64,000 nt of DNA. It comes from Bilabrum cf. latius (lineage: Eukaryota). This document shows positions 11,932 through 21,578 of the stretch, piece after piece (the first letter of the stretch is position 1; each line of letters starts with the position of its first letter). The position numbers and the translations under genes are program-made. The stretch spans positions 496,001 to 560,000 of the forward strand of contig OZ237767.1 in the NCBI GenBank assembly GCA_965178125.1, given 5' to 3'. A model generated the notes under the pieces. The model was not told where the DNA came from, ran no database searches, and saw only the letters and a list, made by a program, of their open reading frames with translations.

Positions 11932-14900
11932 TGCCGCTTCAGAGCCGATGTGCTCTCACCAGGCTGGGCCAGACCAAGGCCGTCCAGAATGCTCCCTGGC
12001 TTGATCGCGTTGCCCACCGATGCGCCACCTCGCCCGTGCCCCCTGCCACGAGGAGGAGGCACCCCTTCCCCTCCAACGGATCCATCCACATCCTCGCCCT
12101 CGCCCTCTACCCCACCGGACTGTGTCGCGCTGGCAGGCAGCTCACCCTCGAACGACATCCCCCGGATGCTCCGCAACAGCCCCGTGGCATCCCGAGCCTC
12201 TCCCCCGCCCACCCCTGTGCCCCCATCCCCGCCCCCGCCCTGGCTGTTCCGCTGCGCCGCCGCAGCCAGCGTGGCCAGGAGGTCCGTGGACCGGAAGGAC
12301 TTCTGCTTGGCGATGCCATTGCCTGCGTGGTGGTACTGAGGCATCTCCCCCGGGGCATCGCCCATCCCCTGCTGCCCGGGGGACGAGGGGCCTGGGCCTG
12401 TCGAGCCGCTTGTCCCGCTCTTGGTCCGGCGCAGCATGGCGGGGTGCGGTGCTCCACCGGCTCCCTCCACCTGCGGCATGGGAGGCAGGGACCCAGCCTG
12501 CTTGTTCTTCAGGTGCCAGAGAACAAAATCTCCCTCCTCCACCGAGGACGTTGTCTTGGACCGACGCACCATGCCAGGCAGGCCGCCGCCTCCCCCACCG
12601 CCACCTTCACCACCACCACCTCCGCTATCGTGGCGGTTCTCGTCGCCGCGCACGGCTCTGGTAGCTGCAGCTCCGATGGCACCGCGCCGCTCCGGCAGCT
12701 CGAACCCGTCACTCGTCATACCCGCGCTCGCCTTGGCCATAGAGAGGGCTAGCAGGGCGTCAGGGGAGGACGGCATCGAGGACCGGCGGACCCCGGGCCT
12801 GCGCGGCGAAGGGCTGCTCGGGCCATTCGATGCCGATGGGCTGGCATCGCTGCCATATCTGTGCGACATGTGCCCCTCTCTTTGGTTCTCTCGCTCGATG
12901 GCAGATCGCAGCGCGTTTGGGTCGATCTGGTCATCGGGCTGCCCAGTCGACAGGTGCCTCGCACTGGCGTACAGGGCCTGGGCAAGCCTGCGGGCATCGC
13001 TAGCCAACGCATCGGACCCTCCCTCCGTGGGCCGCATGCCCAGGGACTGCGCCCCTCTAGACAGCCCTAGACCCACGCCCCCCTCCTGGCTCGTGCCTCC
13101 GTCTTGCACAGTGGCGTGCAGAGCGTCTAGGCCCTGAAGCAGGCGGTCCGTCCCTGGATCCACCGCCCGCCCCCGCCCTTTGTGATCCTGCTCCTGCTGC
13201 CCCATCACCATCACCTGCCCGTCAGCATCCTGAGACCGTTTCTCCCGAAGGACGGCGAACAGCTGCCGCATCTCCCTCACCAGTCTGGCCTGCGAGTCCT
13301 GTTCCCTGGCGGTCGCCCCCGCGAGGGAGAGCTCCAGATCCACCCCTCGGCCGGGAGTGGACGAGGACGAGGACGGAGAGGAGAGAGGGGAGGATGATGC
13401 GGGCGTGCTGAAGCTCCCATCCGCACGCCCAGCACGGTGTTCCAAACCACCACCGCTCCCTCTTTCATCCTCTCCGCCTCTGTCACCACTGCTGCTGGAG
13501 GATGAAGAGGCCCTTGCCTGCTCCGCAGCAGCGGCGGCCTCCGGTAGCCTCGCCTGCACGACGGCGCGCGTGTGTTCGCTCGCCCTCGCCGCCCCCCTGC
13601 GGGCGTGCTAAAGGTCCATGAGCACAAGCTCGGCGGGGTGGACAGAGTCGCCAGCCATTGCAGTGGCCGTTGATCGCGAGACCCCTGGACCGGACTCCCT
13701 GGCACCGTCCATCGATTGGCTGCCTGCATCGAGCCTAGGCCCTGTTCCCTGAGAAAGGACAGACTGATAGGCCGCGTCCTTCAGGCCTCGTCTGCCTGCA
13801 TCCTGACCCTCGCCCTGCCCCTGCTCGTCCTCTTGCTCGCCGCTGCCATGCTCCTGCTCCTGCCCCGCCCCTGTGATCGCGATGCCCACCCCAGCGATGC
13901 CCAGCTCAACATGGATGCGGCGCTACAGTGACTCGAGCATGTCCCGCGCCGCACTCCTGCCGGTGGTCAGTGCCGCCTCCTGACCCTGCTCCTGCTCCTG
14001 CTCCTGCTCCTGCTGCTGCCTCTGGTCACCATCGGCCAGACGGTGCCTGGCACGGCCTGCCTCTCCATCGCCAGCGGCACTGGGTTCGTGCTCGCCCTCC
14101 TCGCCCTCCTTCCTCTCCTGCACTGCACTGCCGCTTTGGCCGTCAGTGCGCTTGTCTCCCCCCGCAGGCGCACCTCCTCCGCGCCTCCTTCCCCGTTGTT
14201 CCCCCAGCTCCACGATCCCCTTGTCCAGGTCACCCGCATCGTCCCTCCCTCCTGCAGAACCAGACTCAGGACCAGGACCAGGACTGTGCCTGCCGCCGCC
14301 TTTGCCTTCCTCCTCCTACCCCGACTTGGCCTGCCAAGCACCCCCGCCTATGGGACCTCTCAGCAGGTCAGACAGCCTGTCCAGCCGCCCTAGGACCCTC
14401 CTGTCCGAGGGATCCCACCCCTCCTCGTCCAGGTCCGCGTCATCCACCGCCACACCCCGGGTGAGAGCGGGGTCTGTCCCCAGCTCGGGGTCGAAGGGGT
14501 CACCCTTAGTTGTTCCCTCGGGCCTGCGAGGAGTGCCGGGCCCATCGGGCAATGTGTCGTTGCCTGCCTCCGCTTGCTGCAACTGCGACTGCGCCTGCGG
14601 CGGTGCCGCCAAGTCGCCCTCACCCATGGTTGCGACCGGATGGGAGGGCAGCGCTTCCGTGGCGGCGACTGGGGGCGGGCCCGTTGAGGTTACAACCGCA
14701 TCTGAGCCTCCGCTGGACGCAGGCACGACATCCCCCCAAGGAGACCCGGGCTAGTTGGACGGTGGTACGGGGAGACCATCCGTGTCCACCTTAGGCTTGG
14801 GCGGGGTCTTCTGACCCTCGCTCGGGGCCATACGGCCGCCTCCTGCCTGCTGCCGCTCGTGTTGCTGTTGCTGCTGCTGGTCTTGTTCCCTGTGCGTTCT

Positions 14901-16067
14901 GTCTTCCTCCTGGGGGTAGACTTGGCCTGCAGTGGGGGGTGATGAGGCGGGTGGGGGGGGCGGGACTGCGGTGCCCGCTGGCTGCACGGACGCTTGCCGA
15001 TCGACCGGACCGTTTGGGCTGCTAGCCGATGTGCCTTCTGCTGCAGCGCTGGCGCCCACACGGCTGTAGGTCCCGGTTGCATTGGCTGCTCGCCCATGGC
15101 TCTGCCCGGGGCCGCGGCTCGCGACCGCACGCGGCCGAGCCTGGGCACCTGCTCGCCTGGTGGATGGAGCGCCCCGCCCATGGGAAGAAGAAGCGCCCCG
15201 TCCATGGGAAGAAGGAGCGCCCCGTCCATGGGAAGAAGGAGCGCCCCGTCCATGGGAAGAAGAAGCGCCCCGTCCATGGGAAGAAGAAGCGCCCCGTCCA
15301 TGGGAGGACCTGGGCGATGGTCCCTGCTGCTCTGGCGTGCCATACGACCCGCGGATTACTCGAGGGCCGGCAGCTGGCCTGCTCCTGCTCGTGCTCATGC
15401 CCGCCGTGCCTGCGGCAGGGGCGGTGCCACGAACTTGAACGGGGGAGGAGCTGCTTGGCGACGCACGGGAGCGACTGGCTGTGGTTCGCTTCTGCCCCCG
15501 AGGCGCTGTTGAACCACTGCCGTGAGGTGTTCCGTGCACGGTCGATGGTCTTGAGCCACTGGCAGGTTGACGTGCTGTGCGCCTGGTTGCACCACTGCCA
15601 CTGGCCTGCCGACCGTCTCGATGCTGGTGTGCAGGCCCACGGCGCGGAGAACCACTTTGTCTGGCCCCGCCGACTGGGCTGTGCGTAGGTTTGTTAGTAT
15701 GTGTAGGGTTTCGAGCAGGCGTCCGCTGCCGGCGCGCGCGCTGAAGGCGCTGCGACGGCGATGCAGCGACTTCGCTTGCGGCAAATACGTCTCGCTGATC
15801 CCTGGGCGACTTTGGCGAATGGGGGGCCGCCTTTCGCGCGCTGCTTGCCTATGTAGCACTCATGAAACGACTTCGTCTCCCACCAGAACTCGCTGTCGAG
15901 TCTCTAGCCACAGAGGCTGGGCGAATTGACCCAACTCCAGGTGGTGCAGCCCCAGCCTCACGCGCATCTCCACCATCTGGCTGCACCAAATGCCCACGAC
16001 GATCAAATCGCCCTTTCAGGCTGTCTCGATAGCGCCTAGCAATCTAAGCGCTGTTCAGCGCCGCCAT
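6177..16067 (-). CDS. ~3300-aa single-exon, low-complexity (G/A/S/P/R/E-rich) protein with short coiled-coil segments; function unknown; 16 in-frame TAGs
   Basis: Nine track ORFs (ending 14751, 14316, 13923, 13608, 10845, 9528, 8865, 8517, 6486) share one frame. I read the gaps between them: the only interruptions are TAG (16044, 15849, 14751, 14316, 13923, 13608, 10845, 10725, 10704, 10617, 9528, 8865, 8517, 8400, 6486, 6306). First ATG after the upstream TGA is 16067 (MAALNSA*IARRYRD). Ends ...EGDEYDE-TGA at 6177. Confidence 0.82.
15166..15305. repeat. 24-bp coding minisatellite, ~5.8 copies, encoding (SSHGRGA[S/P])n on the minus strand
   Basis: Unit g[g/a]agcgccccgtccatgggaagaa repeats at 15166, 15190, 15214, 15238, 15262 and 15286. 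Confidence 0.95.
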
Positions 16068-16172
16068 CAATAGAGTTATGTTGGAGTGGATCCGCTATCG
16101 TCGCACCGCCTGGTCGCAAGACTCGGAGGTTGCAACCGCAAGTAGATTTCAACAGTGGATGCAGCCTGTGCG
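16068..16172. promoter_or_regulatory. Probable bidirectional promoter between the 3300-aa gene and PIG-U
   Basis: 105-bp spacer between divergent ATGs, which are apparent only once TAG is read as sense. Confidence 0.45.
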
Positions 16173-17762
16173 ATGTGGCAGGGTCCGCTTCTCGGAGCGC
16201 TATGGTTTTGCATGGTATTGCTTAGATTGTTTGCAACAGACTGGGGTTCAGCGATGCAGTCTCCGACGGCTTGGGCTGTTGAGCGAAGGCTAGCTTTTGG
16301 GACTTTGCGAGGGCATTGTGCCGAGCAAGCGACAGGCTTGGCGGTTGTAGACAGCTAGTATAGATATCCACTTAAGTTGTTGCCCAGCGTAGTTGCTTGC
16401 TCCTTGGCTAATGCCGAGATCTTGATGCTCGTGGATTCGCTCGCAGCGCTAGCTCTGGCGAGCTCACTGCTTGTATTGGCGCAGTAGTCCAGGCAAAGCT
16501 TGCTGCACAGATGGTCTAGCTTATTAAGGAAGGACAGTTCTGGGTATTCGACCGCAGCTGGTACCCCATCAGAGACGCCCGCAGGGCGTATGCAAGTGGG
16601 CGTGGCAGACGTGTGGGCTGAATACCTTGCAATCACTGCCACACAGCGGCGATACAAAGTCACCCCAGTCGAAATCGAATCTTTACTGCTCGCCGACCAT
16701 GGCATCACGGACATGCTTGCGCCCGTGCTGCTTCTGACAGCCTGGGCCGCAATGCCAGTGCTCGTGCCAAGCGGCGCCTGGCCCTCGCTAGGGATGGCTC
16801 CATGGGCCGCGCTCGCTACAGGGGCGGCATTCATGCACGCAGACCGGCTCGTGCCAGGCCTTGTGCTCGTGTGCGCCGCGTCTGTCTTGTCTAGCGGAAG
16901 GCTGGTCCCGGCTGCCGCCGCGTGCGCCCTGGGGTATGGTCAGTCGCAGGGCGGGTCGAGCTGGGGGAGGGTGGTGGGGGTGGTGGCAGCATGCCTGGCT
17001 TGTCTCGCAGTCAGCATGCATTGGGATGTGCTGATTGAGGCGGTCGGGGCTGAGAACGGTGCATTGCATGAAGGTGCATCCCCAGCAGGCGCGGGCTAGT
17101 CGGGCCTGCTCGGAGCCCTGGGCGCGCTGTGCCTCGAGGCTTTCTCGTCCGTGCTGCGACTGTTTCACAGCCCGCCAGTGGATCCGGATGCGGGCGTGCT
17201 CTGGTATGTTGCTCTGGGCGTGTTCCCCCAGTATCGAGCCTATTTCATTGCCATCGGGGTGGGCGCCGGGTGGGTGCTGGCCGTAGGGGCGGCGGCGGCG
17301 CTGCCCCTGCGGGCCTGCTGGTTGTCTGTGCTGGGTGTGACGAGTGCTGCGTGCGCGCTGCTCTGGGTGCGAGTCGGGCTGGTGGACGTGGCATGCGCGT
17401 GTGCCCTGGCTGCTGTGGACTTGGAGGCTTGGCTAGCGTGGCAGCCGAGCTGGACCGTGTTGGTGGTGGGGCTGGGGGCCTTGTGCGTCGCGCCGGGGAT
17501 GGATTCCCTGTGGCTGGGCACTATGAAAGCGAATGCGTCATACGGATGGTTTCAGTGCGTGGTGGGGGTCGGTTGCCTGGTGTGGCTGTTGGCCCGGAGG
17601 TTCGGTGCGGTGGTCAGGGCGCACTGGGCTTGGGAGGACTCGTGTAGGGTGGAGGAACACGCCAGGAGGTGGAAACAGGCAGGCGGTCTAACGGTGGATG
17701 AGGCCCTCCTGAGGCAGGGACCGGGCGAGAAGGAAACAGGCAGGCGGTCTCACGGTGGATGA
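16173..17762 (+). CDS. PIGU: GPI transamidase subunit PIG-U (CDC91/GAB1)-like, divergent; 3 in-frame TAGs
   Basis: ORFs 16155-16358, 16500-17099 and 17151-17762 are one frame split by TAG at 16356, 16485 and 17097. PIG-U-like motifs occur on both sides of the TAGs: AEILMLVDSLAALAL, PDAGVLWYVALGVFPQYRAYF (cf. PNIGLFWYFFAEMFEHF) and LWLGTMKANASY (cf. LWIYAGSANANF). Multiple hydrophobic segments. Ends TGA. Confidence 0.75.
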
Positions 17763-17796
17763 GGCCCTCCTGAGGCAGGGACCGGGCGAGAAGGAA
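17671..17796 (+). repeat. 61-bp tandem duplication (2 copies) at the PIG-U 3' end
   Basis: ggaaacaggcaggcggtct[a/c]acggtggatgaggccctcctgaggcagggaccgggcgagaa starts at 17671 and again at 17732. Confidence 0.95.
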
Positions 17797-17926
17797 CATG
17801 TCTTGCCGTCGTGACATGCTGAATCAAATGCACCTGGTTTTGAGAACACAATACGTTTGTTGTAGTTGTTGTTGGCTGGCTCAGAGCGAGGCATCCAACT
17901 CCCGTCCATTGCACCGGTTGTGCTAG

Positions 17927-19501
17927 TCACACCTGTTGCTGCGCCACGTACCTCCTGCTCGCACCTGACGCCACTGACGACACTCCGCCATCCACCCGCA
18001 GCAGCACGCCGTGGCCTCCCAGCGCCCCATGGTCCAGCAGCCCCGCCTGCTCCATCTCTCCTGGCTCTGCCGCCACTGCATCCCCTGGCATGGCCCCTCC
18101 CATTCTAGTTCCCACCAGCCCCATGCCCCCTTCCTCCTCCTCCACAAGCTGCGGCTGCTGCTGCTGCTGTGCCCCGCAACACCTGCCCCCCGCCACTGTC
18201 CCCGGACCCAGCCCCAGATGCAGGGCGGGCATCGAGTGCGGGTACGCCCTGACAGGGACGACCCACACAGCCACTGCCACCGCCACCACGCCACCGAGCC
18301 CCGCCCCGCTCCCTACGTCCGACAGCCTGTGCTTGTTGTCTAGCACCCGCGAGGCAGACACGTACAGAGCCAGGCACAGGCACAGGACCTGCCCTGCCCT
18401 CGCTAGCCCCGCGGCGCTGCACAGCCTCAGCGCTGGCATCGTTCCCACTGCGTCCCACCACAGCAACACCTCCCCTGCCGAACCACTCGTCACACCAGGA
18501 GCGCGGATCAGTCTCTGTCCCGCGCCCGCGCCGACGCCCAAACCAGCACCAGTATCCTGATCGCTGGCGGTGCCTTGTACCCCGCTGGGCCCCTCCCCTG
18601 CGGTGCCGGCCCCGGTGCTGCCGCTGTCCCCAGCACCGCTTGCACGTATCCTTCTGTCCCGACCTTCGTGCCCTGTCCCTGCGCCTGACCCTGCATGCAA
18701 TGCGCCTGACCCTGCGATCGTGTCCTGCCGCAGAGCCCTGTCCCCGCCAAAGGCGTCCCCGCACCCATCCCCGGCTCCACCCCCGCCGGTACTACCGTTC
18801 CTACTGCTCCCATGCGTACTGCTGCGTGTCCCTCCAAGCTCCCCGCCGAACAGAGCCCTCCATATCCACGGCTGGCACACGGTGCCTCCATAGGGCCAAG
18901 GCAGGGAGGCTCTGCGCAGAGCCGAACCAAATGCGGGCTGGGACAGCTCCCAGGCCAGCTGGCCCAAGAGGACCGCGAGCCAAGTCATGCCCGCGGTAGA
19001 AATACTGGCGTGCCCGCTCGGCCAGCTCTTCAGGCCTTCCGTGACCACAGCCTTGTCGCCGGCGCAGTCGCTCGGGACAAAACTTAGAGGCCGCCCATGC
19101 TCGTCCACAGGCGGATGCGGGAGCGAATCAAGCCCGGCACCATCTGGAAAACATCTAGACAGAAAGTCTGGCCTCGGCCTGGACGCAGTTCCCTTGCCGA
19201 TTGACGTCAGAGTTTCAGTTATTACGATCGTTGTTGCGAGCGAGAGCGATCTCTGGATAGCAAGCTCTACTCCACCAAACACAAGAGCTCCGAGCCAGAG
19301 GATCCCAAAAGGTCCAATAAACCCTACAACCATTAGCATCGTATTGCTCACTGTGCTAGTTCGCCGCGGATACGCAATATCATTGTCGAAGAAAAAATCG
19401 CGATTTCCAGGGTGGAACAGAACTTGATTGCAAGCTAGAACGGCCAAATATACTGCAATTACAACAATAGCATGCAAACTGTACTGCAGCATGCTGACCA
19501 T
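17927..19501 (-). CDS. PAP2-family lipid phosphate phosphatase (DPP1/LPP-like)
   Basis: All three catalytic motifs are present: KGTASRPRPDFLSRC, SWPSGHAS and SRVLDNKHRLSDVGSG. Has TM helices and a Gly-rich insert between motifs 2 and 3. Ends TGA. Confidence 0.92.
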   Translation of the reverse strand: MVSMLQYSLHAIVVIAVYLAVLACNQVLFHPGNRDFFFDNDIAYPRRTSTVSNTMLMVVGFIGPFGILWLGALVFGGVELAIQRSLSLATTIVITETLTSIGKGTASRPRPDFLSRCFPDGAGLDSLPHPPVDEHGRPLSFVPSDCAGDKAVVTEGLKSWPSGHASISTAGMTWLAVLLGQLAWELSQPAFGSALRRASLPWPYGGTVCQPWIWRALFGGELGGTRSSTHGSSRNGSTGGGGAGDGCGDAFGGDRALRQDTIAGSGALHAGSGAGTGHEGRDRRIRASGAGDSGSTGAGTAGEGPSGVQGTASDQDTGAGLGVGAGAGQRLIRAPGVTSGSAGEVLLWWDAVGTMPALRLCSAAGLARAGQVLCLCLALYVSASRVLDNKHRLSDVGSGAGLGGVVAVAVAVWVVPVRAYPHSMPALHLGLGPGTVAGGRCCGAQQQQQPQLVEEEEGGMGLVGTRMGGAMPGDAVAAEPGEMEQAGLLDHGALGGHGVLLRVDGGVSSVASGASRRYVAQQQV

Positions 19502-20113
19502 GCTTGCACAAGGTGTCTCGAGTACAATATAGTCTAGTAAGCATGCGGTTTAAACTGCACGCTACTCAAGCTTGCAGGAATCAGGACCAGGTCTGTCCAG
19601 GACGGCGAGATCATGGCCAAAGCCGCCTGCCTAGTCTCAGGCACTCCCAAATCCACCACCTGGCTGTGCCCCTACGGGGATCGCAGCCTGCACTGCCTCC
19701 GCTTGTGCTGCAGCTGGCACCACCCCGGGGACCTGGGCCTCCTCCGGCTTGCTATGGGCCACCCCCACCCGCTGGCGGACGCGGGCTGGTTGATGCGGCG
19801 TTGCGCTCACCACGCCCCACGTGTACCATGCGTCCCGTTGGCAGGACTGCGAAGGCTTGGTTGTGGGCCGACCTGTCGCCATTGCCCTCCCCCCCTCTCT
19901 TGCTCCCCGACTGCCCCTCTGCTCCCTAGCAGCTAGGTCTGACTCATGATGTCCGTTTGAATCGATTTCTATCAATCCCTTGCGAGGACGGTGGGCAGAT
20001 GAGCAACGAACTCGGTTCGATGGAACGAACGTTCACTGATAGCGGGAGGTGCACTGCACGAAAGCAAGGGGAACCGCACCAATTGACCGCACTTCACACG
20101 TAAACTGCGCGGC

Positions 20114-21196
20114 ATGGATTCTTTCCAGCCTAGAGAGGTCATTAAATCGATCACTGATATGCTGGTCCACGACAACCAGCTCACCCTTACCGCTTGGATT
20201 CTGGTTGCTGCCGGTGTACTAACTCCCGCGATCTTCGTCGCAAATGCTGTTCTCACGTGGCTCCTTGGGTTGCTCGCAAAGATGATGCAGAAGCCGTTGC
20301 ACAAACAGGGCAAGTGGGCCGTCATTACGGGAGGTAGCCGTGGCATTGGGCTTGCGTACGGAATCGAAATGGCGAAGCGGGGACTAAGCGTGCTGCTCGT
20401 GTCTCGCGGCGAGCAAGGACTGCAGGAGGGCAAGGCTGCGATCGAAAAGAAGGTGTCAGGAGCTACCGTAGAGTACGTAGCGTCAGATTTGGGCGCTATC
20501 GCGGGCAGCAGCGATGAGCGCGAGGCGCTCATCTCTCGGATCCAGGAAATCACTAAGGAAGACGTCGCTGTGCTCGTCAACTGCGCCGGGCTGAGCTACC
20601 CGGGTGCCATGCGGTTCCATGAAATTGGGACGCCGCAGTTTCCCGATTCCTCTCCTGCCCTGGTGAACAACCTCTGCCGGCTGAACGTGGAAGCACTTGC
20701 CCTGCTCACTCACGCCGTGCTCCCCTGGATGGTTGCCAAGCGCGCCGGCACCGTGATCAACATCTCCAGCGGAAACGGGAGGCTGCCCATGGGCGCCCCC
20801 ATGTACGCCCTCTACTCCGGCACGAAGGCCTTCGTGGATTTCTTCAGCCGCAGCCTGCACGCCGAGTACTCGCCTCTGGGCATCCAGGTCGAGTGCCACA
20901 GCCCCAACTTTGTGATCTCGGGCATGTCGGGGTACAAGGACAAGCACGAGTCGTTCACCATCGTGCAGCCCAAGGCATACGCGCAGGCAGCTCTTGCATG
21001 CGTGGGCAAGTACGACAGCGTCACCCCTGTGTTCTCCCACTGGCTGCAGGACGCAGTCGTACAGGCCGTGCCGCTGTGGGTCTCTCGCGGTCTCATCGCC
21101 GGCATGCACGCAGGACTACGCAAGAAGCACCTCCGCAAGATCGAGAGGACGGCGAAGGCGGCGGCAGAGGCGGAGGGGGACAAGAAGGGCAAGTGA
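20114..21196 (+). CDS. Very-long-chain 3-oxoacyl-CoA reductase-like SDR (KCR1/HSD17B12 family)
   Basis: N-terminal TM segment, WAVITGGSRGIGLAYGIEMAKRGLSVLLVSR, LVNCAGLSYP, YSGTKAFVDFFSRSLHAEY. Ends TGA. Confidence 0.92.
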   Translation: MDSFQPREVIKSITDMLVHDNQLTLTAWILVAAGVLTPAIFVANAVLTWLLGLLAKMMQKPLHKQGKWAVITGGSRGIGLAYGIEMAKRGLSVLLVSRGEQGLQEGKAAIEKKVSGATVEYVASDLGAIAGSSDEREALISRIQEITKEDVAVLVNCAGLSYPGAMRFHEIGTPQFPDSSPALVNNLCRLNVEALALLTHAVLPWMVAKRAGTVINISSGNGRLPMGAPMYALYSGTKAFVDFFSRSLHAEYSPLGIQVECHSPNFVISGMSGYKDKHESFTIVQPKAYAQAALACVGKYDSVTPVFSHWLQDAVVQAVPLWVSRGLIAGMHAGLRKKHLRKIERTAKAAAEAEGDKKGK

Positions 21197-21578
21197 ACGA
21201 GCACGAGCACGCGGTATCTTCCGCGCACAGGGAACACACCGTGCCGCAGAAAGCGCTTGCACTGGGTTGCTGCATTGGATCGGCAGGCTAAGGCCCGCAC
21301 GCGCAGAGATGATTCACCCGCAGACTTGATCTATATTCGGCGCACCTGACACACGTACGATCCAGTCAACGCAGAGCAGTGCAATGCACACAAAGCAACC
21401 CGTAGCCCATCCTTTGGAGCGATCCCTCAGAACCGCATCGTGCACACATTCGTCCATGACAGCCACACGCACCGCTCACAGCTCGATCGCTCCCGCCCAG
21501 TCGAATCGGCGGCTGATTCACGAACGCGTGCATACCAACGCAACGAACCGGTGGCTCACGACCATGGGGCCGATCTCC

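Noticed and set aside
15166-15305. CRISPR-like array
   Set aside because: The 24-bp units are contiguous with no spacers and lie in frame within a eukaryotic CDS.
19637-19975. Possible small gene between PAP2 and the reductase
   Set aside because: The short ORF has no ATG start in the track frame until late and no recognisable motif. It may be an exon or UTR and cannot be supported.
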